From Cycas panzhihuaensis (taxonomy: Eukaryota > Plantae > Cycadophyta), in NCBI GenBank assembly GCA_023213395.1, contig CM041465.1, positions 119,295,741 through 119,359,740 of the forward strand: 64,000 nucleotides of DNA, given 5' to 3'. Below the pieces are notes generated by a model. That model did no database searches. It saw nothing but the letters and a program-made list of their open reading frames with translations, and had not been told where the DNA came from. A program made the position numbers and the translations under genes. Position 1 is the first letter of the stretch. Each line of letters begins with the position of its first letter. This document shows positions 24,560 through 37,900 of the stretch, piece after piece.

Positions 24560-27500
24560 AAAATTTTTACCACATATTCTTCAATACTGTAATAAGCTAA
24601 TTCTAGTTCACCTTGATGTACCAACTCTCTGATGAAGTGATATTATATTTTAATGTACGTTTTCCTGCCATAAAACATTGGATTCCTTACCATCTAAACT
24701 ATACTTTAATTATCATAAAAAAACTATGTAAGACTAACATGTTCTTCCTATAAATCCTGAAGTAATCTTCTAAGGCAAATTATCTCACAAGCTCTTGCTA
24801 TAGATACTTTATACTCTGCTTCTGTAGTAGATAGAGATATTTTTACCTACTTTTAACTCCATGCTACTACTATTGAACCTAAACTAAATGTATAATATGA
24901 GATAGATTTCCTATAATCTATAAAACCTACCAAGTCTAAGTCTGTATAGCCAATCAACCTATAATCCCTTAATGACCTGTAATATAATCCATATCTAATA
25001 GTACTTTAAGATACCTAAGAATTCTTTTTGTTGTTTGCTAATATTTTATCGTAGATTCATCTATAATTTTGGAAACCACACTAACTATATATATGATGTC
25101 TGGTAAAGTCAAAATCAAGTAAATTAGGCTCCCAATCAATTACCTATAAAGTGTAAGATCAATTGATTATGATTCCTTAAACTTTGATAATTTTAACTCA
25201 ACCTCTATTAGTGTTGCAAGCAGCTTACAACTACTCATGTTGAACTTGTATAATATATTCAATGTGTATTTCCTTTTAAAAATAAATATCCCTTTTCCAT
25301 CTTGCCATACTTCAATGCTTAAGAAATGATGCATTAGGCCTAAGTCTATCATCTCAAATTCTTTACACATCTTTTTTTAATTTTTAGGACAAATAATTAC
25401 AATTCCTAATATATACTAGGTCATCTACATATAAGCCCATAATTACTATTAACCTTCCTTCTAATTTAATATATAAATTGAGGTCTAATTAATTTCTTTA
25501 TAATCCTTTATCCTTGAAATATTTATCAATCCTAGAGTACCATGCTCTAGGTGCTTGCTTGAGTCCATACAAGGCCTTTTTGAATTTGTAGAGCTTGTCT
25601 TCTTTTCTTTTCACTTCAAATATTATAGGTTGTTGGACATAAATTTCTTCATCTATATAACCATTCAAAAAGTCACTTTTCATATCTATTTGATATACTG
25701 TCCAATCTTATTATGTAACTAAATCCATGATTAACTTGTTTATTTCTAGACTTGCAATAAGTACAAATATCTTATTATAATCTATGCCCTCAATTTGAGT
25801 ATATCCCTTTATAACCAACATTGCTTTATATTTATCAATAGATCCATTTAATTTATACTTGGTCTTATAGACTTATTCTGTTCTAATGGTATTTTTGCTA
25901 GGTGGTAAACCTACTAACTCCTATGTGTCATTTTTCACTAAGGCATTATACTCTTCCCTCATTATATTCTTTTATTCATCTTAATTGTTTACATCTTCAA
26001 AGTTGTGAGGGTCATTATACTCCATAACTTGAGTCATAAGTATAAAATTCACCCTTTGAGATGTTGTATTTCTTCTCTTAAAGTTATTATTTAAGATGTT
26101 TTGAGGGTTATGATCCATTTATACCCATTTTAAAACTCTTTGACTTATAGTAGAAGGTCCCACTTCATTTACATTAGATACATTTGTACCACTTGAGTTA
26201 GAGTCTATTTTAACCATAATATTTTTTTCCTTATTTTTACAATAACTTCTTCTTGATAAAATTCATCTTCCTTGAAGATGACATCCCTACTCATAATAAT
26301 CCTTTTATCTTTTTTATCATAAAGATTATAGGATTTAGAGAAGTCATTATATCCTATAAATATATACTTGGCATTTTATCATTCAATTTTATCCTCCTTT
26401 GATCTAGTACATATGCATAATCTATGTATCTAAAAACTCTTAAGTATTTAATACTTAACTTATAACCTATTTAAGCTTCTTCGAGTGTAATACATATTAC
26501 TACTTTAGTGATACACTTGTTCAATAATAGTTGTATATATAGCTTCTGCCTAATATTCATTTCTAAGATGCTTGTCCTTAAGTATATTTCTTTCCGTTTT
26601 ATTAATTATCTTATTCTTTCTTTATGCAACCCTATTTTATTGAGATGTGTGGGGATTTTTAAGCTATTTTCTTATCCCAAAATATTTGTAATAATCTTTG
26701 AATACATTTGAAATGAATTCTCCCTATTATTTGATCTAGAGTTATAATTTTAAGTCCCCTTTACCTTTCAATCATATTTTTGAAGTCAATGAATCATTAG
26801 AGTATATTTGACTTAAACTTAAGAAAGTAAACCCAAGTTATCCTTGTGAAATCATCAATGAAATTCATAAAATATTCAGCTCCTCTAAGTAAAACCACAT
26901 CTAATAGACCACATAAATTAATGTATATTAATTAAAAGGGACCCATTGGCCCTATAGATTTCATTAAGGAATCATTTCCTTTGTTATTTACCAAGTATAC
27001 ATTCTTCATATACGTTTTTGCTTTCTTCAATATTAAGTAGTCCTATCACTATTTCCATCTTCTTTATCAAGGATGAACTACTATAGTTTATATATCCAAG
27101 TCTTTTGTGCCATGTTTCACTATCCACATTGGTTGTAGTCTTCAAGGCATAATAATATATTGGGAGAATGACTAGTTTGAACAATTTATTACTAGTCATT
27201 TGTCCTTTAGCACCTATTACTTTATTCCTTAGCTTATCTTTGATGTTGCACTCCCTATTGTCAAAGATTATATTATATTTTTGCTCTATTATTTATCGCA
27301 CTAATAGTAATTTTTTCTCAAGTGTTGGGATATGAAGTATATCATTTATACACCTTATTTCTCTAAAGTCTATTTGTATGGAAATATTTTCTTTACCAAT
27401 TACTGCTTGAGTGGTGTTATCACCAAATATAATTTTTCTCCTTTTGATGTTGTCAAATTTCTTAAACCACTCTTCTCTATGTATCATGTGTGTAAAATAT

Positions 27501-28618
27501 CCTAAATCTATATACCAACTGTCTTTGTCCTTATTTGCCATCAAACCTGATAGAAAAAGTCTTCATTTTCTTCTTTCTTCAACAGTTGTATTAGCAGTTT
27601 GCCTTTGTAAACTAGATCTTTTTATAAAATAATTTTCTTTTAAGTGGCCACTTCTATGGTAATAGGAATATTAGATTATTCCTCTACCCCTAAGACTTCT
27701 TTCTCTTTGTCCTTGATTTCTACCTCTTAGATTTTAACCTCTACCTCTTCCTTGAGGTCCATAATTTTGTCCTTCACCTTGATTAAATTAGCCTTAAAAA
27801 TATCTTTATCCTTGAAACTAATTTTACCCTCGATAAAAGGGACCTTATCCTTGACGATGACCTTGAACTTGATAACTTTGACCGTATCTTTAAAATTAAA
27901 TTCGATTTATAGGTTATTGACCTCTTCCTCTAAAAGATTATCTTCTTCCCTTAAAATTTTACACTTGAAATGTAGGCCTAATTTTTACCTTAGTGGTAAA
28001 TAAATACTCTAAACACTCACTTCCTTCATTTTCCTCCTCAATAGTAGGCAACATTAAACTCAATTGATCTATCTTAAGGGTAGTAAGATCCTTGGAGCTC
28101 TTAATACTTATAGCAACTATCTCAATTCTTTTAATATTACTAACACATCTTAAAATCTTCTCTACTACCCTTTTCTCACTTATGACTTCTTTTAAGGCCT
28201 TTATTTAATTAACTAGACTTTATAATTTTGTGATAAAATCATTCACTCCTTTATTTTTATTCATCTTAGAGTTCACAAACTTACTCCTCAATGTTTGAAG
28301 TTTTGATACAGTTACTCCTTCATAAATGGTCTTCAATGCATCTATGCTTTCTTGGATATAGATGCTTCACTCACCCTTACAAAAATATGATCCTCCAAAG
28401 CATAGAAGATAAATGCCAAAGCTTTATTGTCTTGTTTTTTATTCTCCTTATAGATCTTCTTTTGGTCTTTAGTGATATTGGCTTTAAGTGCTTCATAACT
28501 TATTTCAATCAAGTCCCACATATCTTTTAACATCAAAAAGGTCCATTTTTTAATTCTAATTTAAAAAGTTAGTACTATCAAGCTTTAGTACTATTACATT
28601 ACTAATACTTGAGGCCAT
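24560..28618 (-). pseudogene. Copia C gag-pol remnant
   Basis: ORFs 28342-28536 (gag), 27293-27544 (protease WYIDLG..HM), 26984-27199 (WHKRLGY), 25498-25683 ([19 protein letters not shown]), 25167-25370 (EFEMIDLG). Confidence 0.92.
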
Positions 28619-29624
28619 AATGAGAAAATTTACCTTAAAAATAAATGCTTAAAAAAGTAAAGTGCTTAAAAATAAATATTAAAAAGCACTTAAATAAGGC
28701 AATAAATACACTTAAAAACATAAATAAAATTTATCCCACTTTAGCTTCAAAACATACACAAGTGTCCCAATTAGAACTTAACCTCCTCTAAAGTAAGATT
28801 TTTATATTAATGATGGTTACAAGATGAAATTTTATTAGATTTATTTAAGGGTCACCTCATAGGAAGCCCAAAACTAATATCAACTTTAGTCATAAACATG
28901 TTATATTAAATGACTTCAAAAAATCTTAAAAGATCATCCACTCAATAGATGATTGAAATATAAACCTAATGCTTTAAATAATAATAAATTCTAACTTCAC
29001 CTAACTAAGTTATTTATTAAAAAGTATAAGGAGGTCAAAAGGGATTAAGAACCCTTTAATACACAAACCATAAGAAAGTTTTTCATTGACTTTCAATCAT
29101 TAAAAATGTTATCAAATGAATATCAAGCATAATCATGTGACCACTGATTTCATTCAAGTGGAAGTATAGAACAACTTGGAATTGTCAAAACTAAAAATGG
29201 ATCCTGCTAAGGATCGATATCATGGTTGAAATAGAAATAAGTACTTATCTTTTAAATGGCCTCTTAAAAAATAAATTAGCCCCTTTGAAAATTACACTTT
29301 TGGTCACTTGAGTTTTGAATGTGACCTACAAACAGGGTTATAAGAGGGGTACAAGACAATGAATTTTACTAAAATATAAACTCTAATTACATTACTAGAA
29401 TAATTTCATCATAATTATTCCTTCTTATCAATCTTGAATTAGAAGCTTCAATTCATATAAACTACAAGACACCTGATTCCCTAAGAAGGTCATTGTTAAT
29501 GGCTTGAATAAAGGTATTGAATCTCCTTCATTTATAAGCATACATATCTTAACAAACTGATAGATGGAAAGCAATAGAACTATAACTTTTAGCAACGAAT
29601 AATAAGCAATATATAATCAAACGA
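27312..29624 (-). repeat. Copy 1 of the duplicated protease-gag-leader segment of C
   Basis: Colinear with 33590-34920 plus 38606-39554. Confidence 0.9.
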
Positions 29625-29629
29625 TATCA

Positions 29630-32137
29630 CTTTATTTTCAATATAAACACACTAACTTTCCTATATCAAACTTATTTAGATATGTATTAACTTTGAACCA
29701 ACATTCGACAAGCTATATACCCCATCCTATTGTCTATTTAACCACCCAAACTATAATAGTCCATTAAGAACTAATAACCACTAATATAAATGAGCCAATA
29801 GAGTATAATTCTAAACCACTATACCTCATACATCTAATGTAAAAAGTCACTGATATAAATTGAATAAAACACCACTTTATAATAAATAAATCACACATTT
29901 AGTAATAAATTACAATGATCAAAACCATACTATTTGCTCAGTCTATAGCTTAGTATCTCTATAAAACATGCCCTTTTATCAATTAATGAACATACACTGA
30001 TGTTGATATCTAACCCATTAATCACCACTAATATGCCTTCTAATCAATCAACAAAAATCTACTAACACTATTATCACATATAACATTCACTAATAAAGTG
30101 GCTAAAACCACTCACTTCACCATCAAATCAATACCTTACTCACATTTTATATCACCAAAATTAAAGAATCCCCAAAATAAGCCATATGCCTCATACGTTG
30201 CACAATGTAAAATTACCATAATGCACCCACTTAAACTTTTAAAAAATCCCCTCATTGAATACCAAACACCATAAAAAAATAAGACACATATATATTTCCA
30301 TTTGAAATAAGCCATCACTTAAATATTTCAAAGGCAAAATAAGTGCCCCAACTTTATTCAAAGTCCCTTATATCAAACAAAGGTTGATTAATCAAAGGAC
30401 AATTATTATTTTAAGGGTAATAACTTAATATGGGTGATTCAATCTTAATGATTAGTGATCAAATATTTCATGCATTCACCAATATCATTTAGCTTTGATG
30501 ATGTAACATCAAAAGACATTAATAATTAAATCAATGTATTAAAAAGGTGATGAATTATATATTGATGGGAAATCAATATATATTAATCAATACGGTAATT
30601 AAATAAAATTTTAATTTGTGGTAACTCATATTAACAATTAACTATTTGACCAAATTAAATCAACATCACTAAAATATATATCATAGCATTAACATTTAAT
30701 TAAATATATTAGCGATCAATATATATAAAGGTAATACATAAATAAAAATAATAAGTAATAAATATTTAAGAGAACACCTTTATTTCTACCATAAATATAT
30801 TCATGGTGATTATGTATTATATCTCCCATGGTAAACTTGCAAAATACCAGACTCAGCGGGTCTACAATTACTATGGTGATCTATGATCTTTATAGTTTGC
30901 AAGCTCTGATCTTAGGTTCTAACAGTTGTGACCAGCAATCTACACTCTCTATATTTTACTGCAACCATCTCCTATGGCTATGTGATATGATGAATAGAGT
31001 GACACAATTTTATATCTTAACAACTCTATCTTCATGTGTGACTACATCCTACATTAGTGCCACCTTCTTCTACATAACGCAAATTGGTATCTATTGTTGT
31101 ACACAACTACTATGAACTTCTACAGTAGCATCTAATCAGTTGGGACTTCAAATATAATTTGTACATCTTAATATCTTTGTTGCTATGCCATTATCCTGTT
31201 GCAAATATTCAATGACTCTAACTACAGTGTTAATAAACCATGAGCTCTCCCTTCATCCTCTACAATATTGACTATTACTATGTATCAATAGAAATCTATA
31301 GCTATCTCCTTCAAAGTCTAATAAGCAACCTCTCCACCTAACTAGCAATTGGTTATGATTCACCTCTAAGATCTTCAACTGCAATCTCCTCTACTAGTGA
31401 TAATTCTCTCATTCTACCAGTGGCTATGCTCCTTAATTCAACTGCAAACTTAGTGGTAAGCTAAATAAATAGATCTGGAACCTTCCATGGGTTCAAAATA
31501 GACATCAACAACTTGCAATTGAGTAACTAATGGTTGTAATTTCTAAAATAGAGGGCACCAGCCTATGCTTCATATTCAAACACCTACATGAATTAAAATA
31601 GTCTCTTCCACTCCTCTGCATACCTCTAAAGACAAATGAATCCTTATAAAATAGATAATAGAAGGTATTGAATCTATATATGATTATTAAATCACTGTCG
31701 CTATATTTTTAATTGTCAAATAAGTCGATCCTTAAGGTTGATCTAGCATTATCTAGCAACCAACAATCTAAGCAATCTACACAAGATTCTGCTACTTATA
31801 CATGACCATCTACTTTGACACCATGTTAGAAAGCACAAACATACAAATAGGATAAGATCATTTATATACACAATAGATAAGAATTGAATAAGCATATAAA
31901 TATAGATTTGACTTTGGAAACCCTTTTGAAAAAAACCCACCACAAGATTATAATATTATATTTTTATAAATTTATCATAATGTTAAAATAGACTTATATC
32001 CTTATTTATAGATCCATAAGTGCCTTAAATAATTACATTTAGATTACATCTTTCAACCCAATATTACATCATAATTATTCATACAATATTGCCTCATTTA
32101 TATTAGTTAGTTAAGTGGATATAATACTACTCTAACA
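29630..32137 (-). mobile_element. Element J: 3'-truncated, probably non-autonomous LTR element
   Basis: TGTTAG...CTAACA LTR at 31824-32137 abuts a minus-strand PBS (tggtgtcaaagt, 31812-31823). No second LTR found. Left boundary approximate. Confidence 0.6.
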
Positions 32138-32947
32138 AATTTTCCTATAATAAAGGTAAGGGAACCTACAAGGGTCCTCCAATATACTTGAAGGTATGTA
32201 GAGGCTCACTTTTGAAGCTAAGTTTTGTCTAAGGCCTATGTAAATAATGTTATCTACTTCACTTCATATATGAATATATACCCATGTATACTTGGCTCAA
32301 AATGATAGATCTCTATGATTTTTAAAGAACCCTAGTATAGGGTCTCTACCTAATAGCTAAGAGAAAGGGAGGGAGGGATTATTGTAGAACTTTAGTGATA
32401 GAAAATGAAAGTTGAACCAAAAAAATAGAATTTAACATGAGGGATAAGATATATAGGGGTTCACTATGGAAAAAAAATCTCTTTCTATTACTCTTACTCT
32501 CTCTTTGAACTTAACTTAGTTTTATAATTGATCTACAACTTAGCTCTAGTACCATATGAAGCATAACTTTTTTTAGTATTCCTTGACACAACAATAATTT
32601 AGTAGATAAAATGGAACAAGATAATGATATAAAGCATCCAACCTTAGCACAAAAGAGTGAACAGAATGCATGAATATAAATTTGAATACTAAATAGGCAC
32701 CAAAAAGTACCATAGTATGATCTCTTAATATTATTTCAACATAATGAACTATGTATATTTCTTGGGCCTTAAATAGGCAATGATAGATGCTTTACATAAA
32801 TTCTTATTAGAGGGAGAAGTAGCCTATAATCCTATTGGCAAACTAAATAATCCATGCACAAAAGTTAATGGCCAGCGCTAACCATTAGGTTGTGTGATCA
32901 TATATGCCAAGAGTCACCCTCCATGATTAATAAATAGTTATGTAATA
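32138..32947 (-). mobile_element. Element K: 5' LTR, PBS and leader stub of a second B-family chromovirus
   Basis: 32557-32947 is a reverse-complement homologue of the B LTRs. Minus-strand PBS tggtactagagc at 32543-32554. Confidence 0.85.
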
Positions 32948-33589
32948 AATAAACTAGAATAAAAGATAAATATTAAAATAAAAAAATTAAATATAACTTA
33001 ATTTCATAATTATTAGTGACAAGCAACTTAAAATCCCAATGTTTGTAGCATAGTAATAATTATAATTGAGATTATAGCAATTATCATTCTACCTAACTTA
33101 ATATCCCCCTCTGTAGTAAACCCATGATTAAGGGTTGTATAAGTGTTATTATGTGACCTTACTACCTTTGAGTTTCTATTATAAAACCATTAATGCAATC
33201 ATTTTTTTAATGATAAATAGTTATAAACAAGTTGGTAAAATTCTTATTCAAAGGTTACAACTAATTACATAAGTCTTCTACATGATTATTTACATATTAC
33301 TGGCTAAGTATGATTTGTTGTTAAATGTCAAACCTTTTAGTATTAGTTTAGCCTACTCCCAAGATATACACTAACAAGCATTAATATGAAAGTTTGACAA
33401 ACAACTCAAAAGATCTTAGTAAGCACTAATGAATCTTGTATATGAATGGATTTCCTAGCAAATTAGGAGATATAAAGGCTAGTTTCCCATTTGTTGCAGT
33501 AGATGACTATATCTCTATATGGATATCAATAACAATCTCAAATATGAAGCATAAATAAAAGCAAGCTAAATGACATAGTTTGATTAATA

Positions 33590-34872
33590 GATTTTTTTCC
33601 TTAAGTGTTGGGACACGAAGTACAACATTTACATATTGTATTTCTCTAAAGTCTATTTATATGGAAATATTCTCTTTGCCAACTATTGCTTGGGTGATGT
33701 TATCACCAAATACAATTTTGTTTATTTTAATGTTGTCCAATTTATTAAATTTCTCATCTCTATATATCATGTGGGTAGAACATCTTAAATCTATATACCA
33801 ACTATCTTCTTCTTTATTTTCCATCAAACCTGATAGGAAAAATCTTTCATTTTTCCATTCTTCAATAGCTATATTAGTAATCCCCTTTTATAAATTAGAC
33901 CTTTTTGTAAAATAATTTTCTTCCAAGTGGCTACTTCTATGGTAATAAGAACATTGGATTGTTCCTCTTTGTCCTTGATTTCTACCTCTTGAACTTTGAC
34001 CTCTACCTCTTTCTTGAGGTCCATAATTTTGTCCTTAGCCTTGATTAAATTAGCCTTGAAAATATCTTTGTTCTTGAAATTAATTTTGCCCTTAATAAAA
34101 GGTGCATTATCCTTGATGATGATCTTCACCTTGATAACTTTGACTTTATCTTTAAAATTGATTTTGATTTATAAGTTATTGACCTCTTCCTCTAAAAGAT
34201 TATCTTCTTTTCCTAAAATTTTTCTCTTTAAATGTAGGCCTAATTTTTACCTTAGTAGTAAATGAATGCTTTAAAAACTCACTTTCTTTCTTTTTCTCCT
34301 TAATAGCAAGAAACATTGAACTTAATTAATCTATCTTAAAGGGTAATAAGGTCCTTGGAGATCTCAATACTTATGGTAACCATCTTAAATCTTTTAATGT
34401 CTCTAATACATCTTAAAATCCTCTCTACTATCATTTGCTCACTTATGACTTTTCCTAAGGCCCTTATTTAATTGACTAGGCCTTATAATTTTGTGATGAA
34501 GTCATTCACTCCTTTATTCATCTTAGAGTTCTTAAACTTACTCCTCAATGTTTGAAGTTTTGATGTAGTTTCTCCTTCATACGTGGTCTTTAATGTGTAT
34601 CATGTTTCCTTTGATATAGATGCTTCGTTGGAAAACTATGATCCTCTAAATTATAGAAAATAAATGCCAAAGTTTTATGGTCTTGTTTCTCATTCTCCTT
34701 CTAGATCTTCTTTTGGTCTTTAGTAGTATTAGCTTGAAGTGCTCTATAACTTGTTTCAATCAAGTCCCACATATCCTTTAACATAAAAATTAGTTTTATT
34801 TTTTCTATTTTAATTTAGAAAATTAGTACTATAAAACTTTGGCACCATTACATTGCTAATACTTGAGGCCAT
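33590..34872 (-). pseudogene. Second copy of C gag and partial protease
   Basis: Homologous to 27312-28618. The shadow ORFs 33996-34265 and 27752-28003 are near-identical. Confidence 0.9.
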
Positions 34873-34920
34873 AATAAGAAAAATTACTTTAAAAATAAAT
34901 GCTTGAAAAAGTAAAGTCCT

Positions 34921-37900
34921 TGCCTTTGCTCCCTTGGCTTATCATATCTAATTTGGTTTACTTGCACGTACCTTAGCACCCTCGCTTCTCTTGGTTGCAC
35001 CCTCAAAGCGGGGAACTTTGGACCGATTGATCGTTCCCACTGCCTTCCTCTTCCCTTGGTTTCCTTGACTTAGCCGAACAACCGAGAAGGTCTTAGTCGT
35101 AGGCTATTCACCTACCTTGCTCCTGTTTGCTTCCCTCAGCCTTAGGGAAACCCTTGAGGATCCTCTTCCTCCCCTTTTAGCCACCTAAGGATGGAAGGAC
35201 TCTCCTTCAGAATCTATCCAGGCTATCCTTTGCCTTCCCTCTTCTTAGTTGAAGTGGGGAACCACCCTTAGGTAATTGGGTATCATCCGTAGGCCCCGAA
35301 CTCATGCTCTAGCACACGGGATGCCCTACATGGTACTCGCCTTGCTTGTAGGTTTCTATCTGCACCCTGATACTGTCATCGATCATCCTCGCTATTCCTA
35401 CATAGCTAGGTGGTTATCCCATAGATGCGCATCCACTGGTAACCATACTGGGGACTTGCAAATAAGGGTGCTAGTCTTCATCCCTTTCTGTTGGTATTAC
35501 TACCTTCTAGTGGTTCCTTTCACTTCATCTCCTTCATTCGGCAACCCCCAGCGTGCACTCCTTATGGCTCTTTCCTTCTTCTAAAGTGTTAGTAAGCTTT
35601 GTATGCGATGCTTTTCTCGCCACTTACGTAGTTTGCCTCCATTGTTAGAAGATCCCAGGTATCGTCCTCTTTCATCGCGCCGATTCGACCATGGAAGGAT
35701 ACTGAAATGCATCTGCGGGGTGGTCTCCTATGTTTAGTAAGATATGGCTAACTAAGATGTAGTCAAGCTATGAGTGGGATCGATCGGCAAGAAAAACACC
35801 ACGCAGGGTGTCCGTGCATTGGAGCGCAGATTTGGGACCTGTAAATGGTGCCTAATTACTTTAGGGTGATCTTTGGAGAAGGACGTAAGGTGAAGCCTTG
35901 GGTCATCCCAAAAGGAGAGGCCCTCCTAGCCCTTAGATGGCCGGGAAGAGGAAGAGGGATCCTAAAGAGTTACGCTTTCTTAGGAGAGAGAGAAGGCGAC
36001 ATGTAGGAAAGTGTGTGTAGTATGGTATCCCACGTGTGGACTAGTTGGGGAAGTGAGGAATAGATAACTCATATCCAAAGAAAACTATTTACACGTGATA
36101 TGAGCAACTATCAACAAAAGACGCACAAATGCAAGGATGAGTTCTTTTTCTCTTTTTTGTTTCCTATATGTTTTAGCATGCAAATATATGTGTGAAAGAA
36201 ATGTTGCAAGAAAGGACAAGAGAAGAAGAAGAATACCTAGAAACGTAGTGCAGTTGGAGTGTTGCGACCTTTGATTCTTTACGCACTCTCCTACTTGAAC
36301 TTGTCACATAGGTAAGAGACTAGCCAAGGGCTATCTTACCTTCCCCAAACATGCAAAAAAAGCAAAGCAAAGCAAGGGCAGCAAAAAGGAAACAAGGAAA
36401 TACTACTAATAAGGAGCTAACCTATCAATGAGTTCGCCTTGTGCATATTTCTGTTACCACAAAATCTACTAATTATAACACGAGAGTTTCTCCCTCGTAG
36501 AAGAGGGGATGCCAAATATACCTATTATATGTATATGTAAATACAAAGAAACTAATAGTAAATCAAGCCAAAAATGTTGCACACTACTCTAAAACTCTAA
36601 ATAAAGCTCAAGCAAGCGACAACACCAAACGATATCCAAAATGAAGGAGTTAGTCTCAGAATGGACAACTCACCCACAGATATCTCCACATAGCCTCAAG
36701 GGAGGGAAAAAATAAAGTATACTAGTTGTATGGGATAGCAAGCAAGAGAGGAAATAGACCAGCAGAATGATATACAAGTACATCCAAGAGACGAAGTGCT
36801 ATGAACAACAAATCATCTAGTTAGGATGGGCTAAGGGTTACAGACCAACTAGGAAGGGTTTTGGGGCTTAGGTGGTGCTCAAAACTAGCAAGTGTATGTC
36901 TGAAACTAGCATGGCAAGGGGCTGCCAACACTGTTTCAGATCTAGAATAGGTTTTCAAAATCCTTGGCCTAACTCTAAGGGAGGTATTAGGTGAAAGAGG
37001 AAGGAAGGGAACAGTTTGGACCCTTAGGGAGAAGGTCAATAAGGGGGACTGACCCCACCTTTCTCCCTTCACCCTTCCTTGTGTAACCCTCTTACACAAC
37101 CACCTTGAAGTGGACTTGCAAGAAATAAGAGAGGGATCACAATAAAATAGTGAGTAATGGGTAAGCTCCTGTGAGGTGCAAAGCCAAGAGCAAAAAATGG
37201 CTAGAAATTGTTCATAAAAAAGAAGAGAAGAAACATGAAACTTGGAGTAACATTCAAGAGGTACCTTACAGCAGGAAATCAGAGCTTGCTCCTGCCAAAA
37301 ATAGGAGAAGAAACATGTGCTTGATAGGCCTTCCAAAGCTAGACTGAAGAGGAGACGAATCGTGGGAGCACAACTGAGATTTTGGAACCTTAGAGCTTGC
37401 TTATTGCTGAGTTGCTATGAGTATCCCTTTCTCCACTGCATGGACCTACAAAGAGAGGGTCTAAGCTGCTAGAGCCAAGCCTGAGATGCAACTGGTATGT
37501 CTGTGGAAGGATCACTAGAGCCAAAGAGCAGGTATTCTGGCAGTTCTGGAGAGAGATTTATAGTAGTGCAATGAAAAAATGGCTAAAGAAGAGACCCAAA
37601 TGATTCACTTTTTGGGTTTTATGTTCCCCCTAACCCTAAGTGAGCATTTAGGGTTGCGGGGAGATGAATAGGTGCGAACACCACTTGGCGCCTGTGAAAA
37701 GAGCGAGAAGGCTATTTTAAAAATAATTTTAAATAATCGCACCATGGTAAACTTCATGGTACCACGGTAAATATCATGGTACTGCTAAGTTTATAGTAGT
37801 ACAGGCCTGTAAGCTAAAATTAGCGCAGAACTAGGGCTTTAATCCAAATAGTGGGTATGTTAATCGCGGTGAGAATTGGCCAAAAGAGAGAAACGGGTCC

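Noticed and set aside
27411-34265. Hydrophobic + strand ORFs (27411, 27752, 28291, 33580, 33996)
   Set aside because: Antisense shadows of the duplicated copia C gag/protease.
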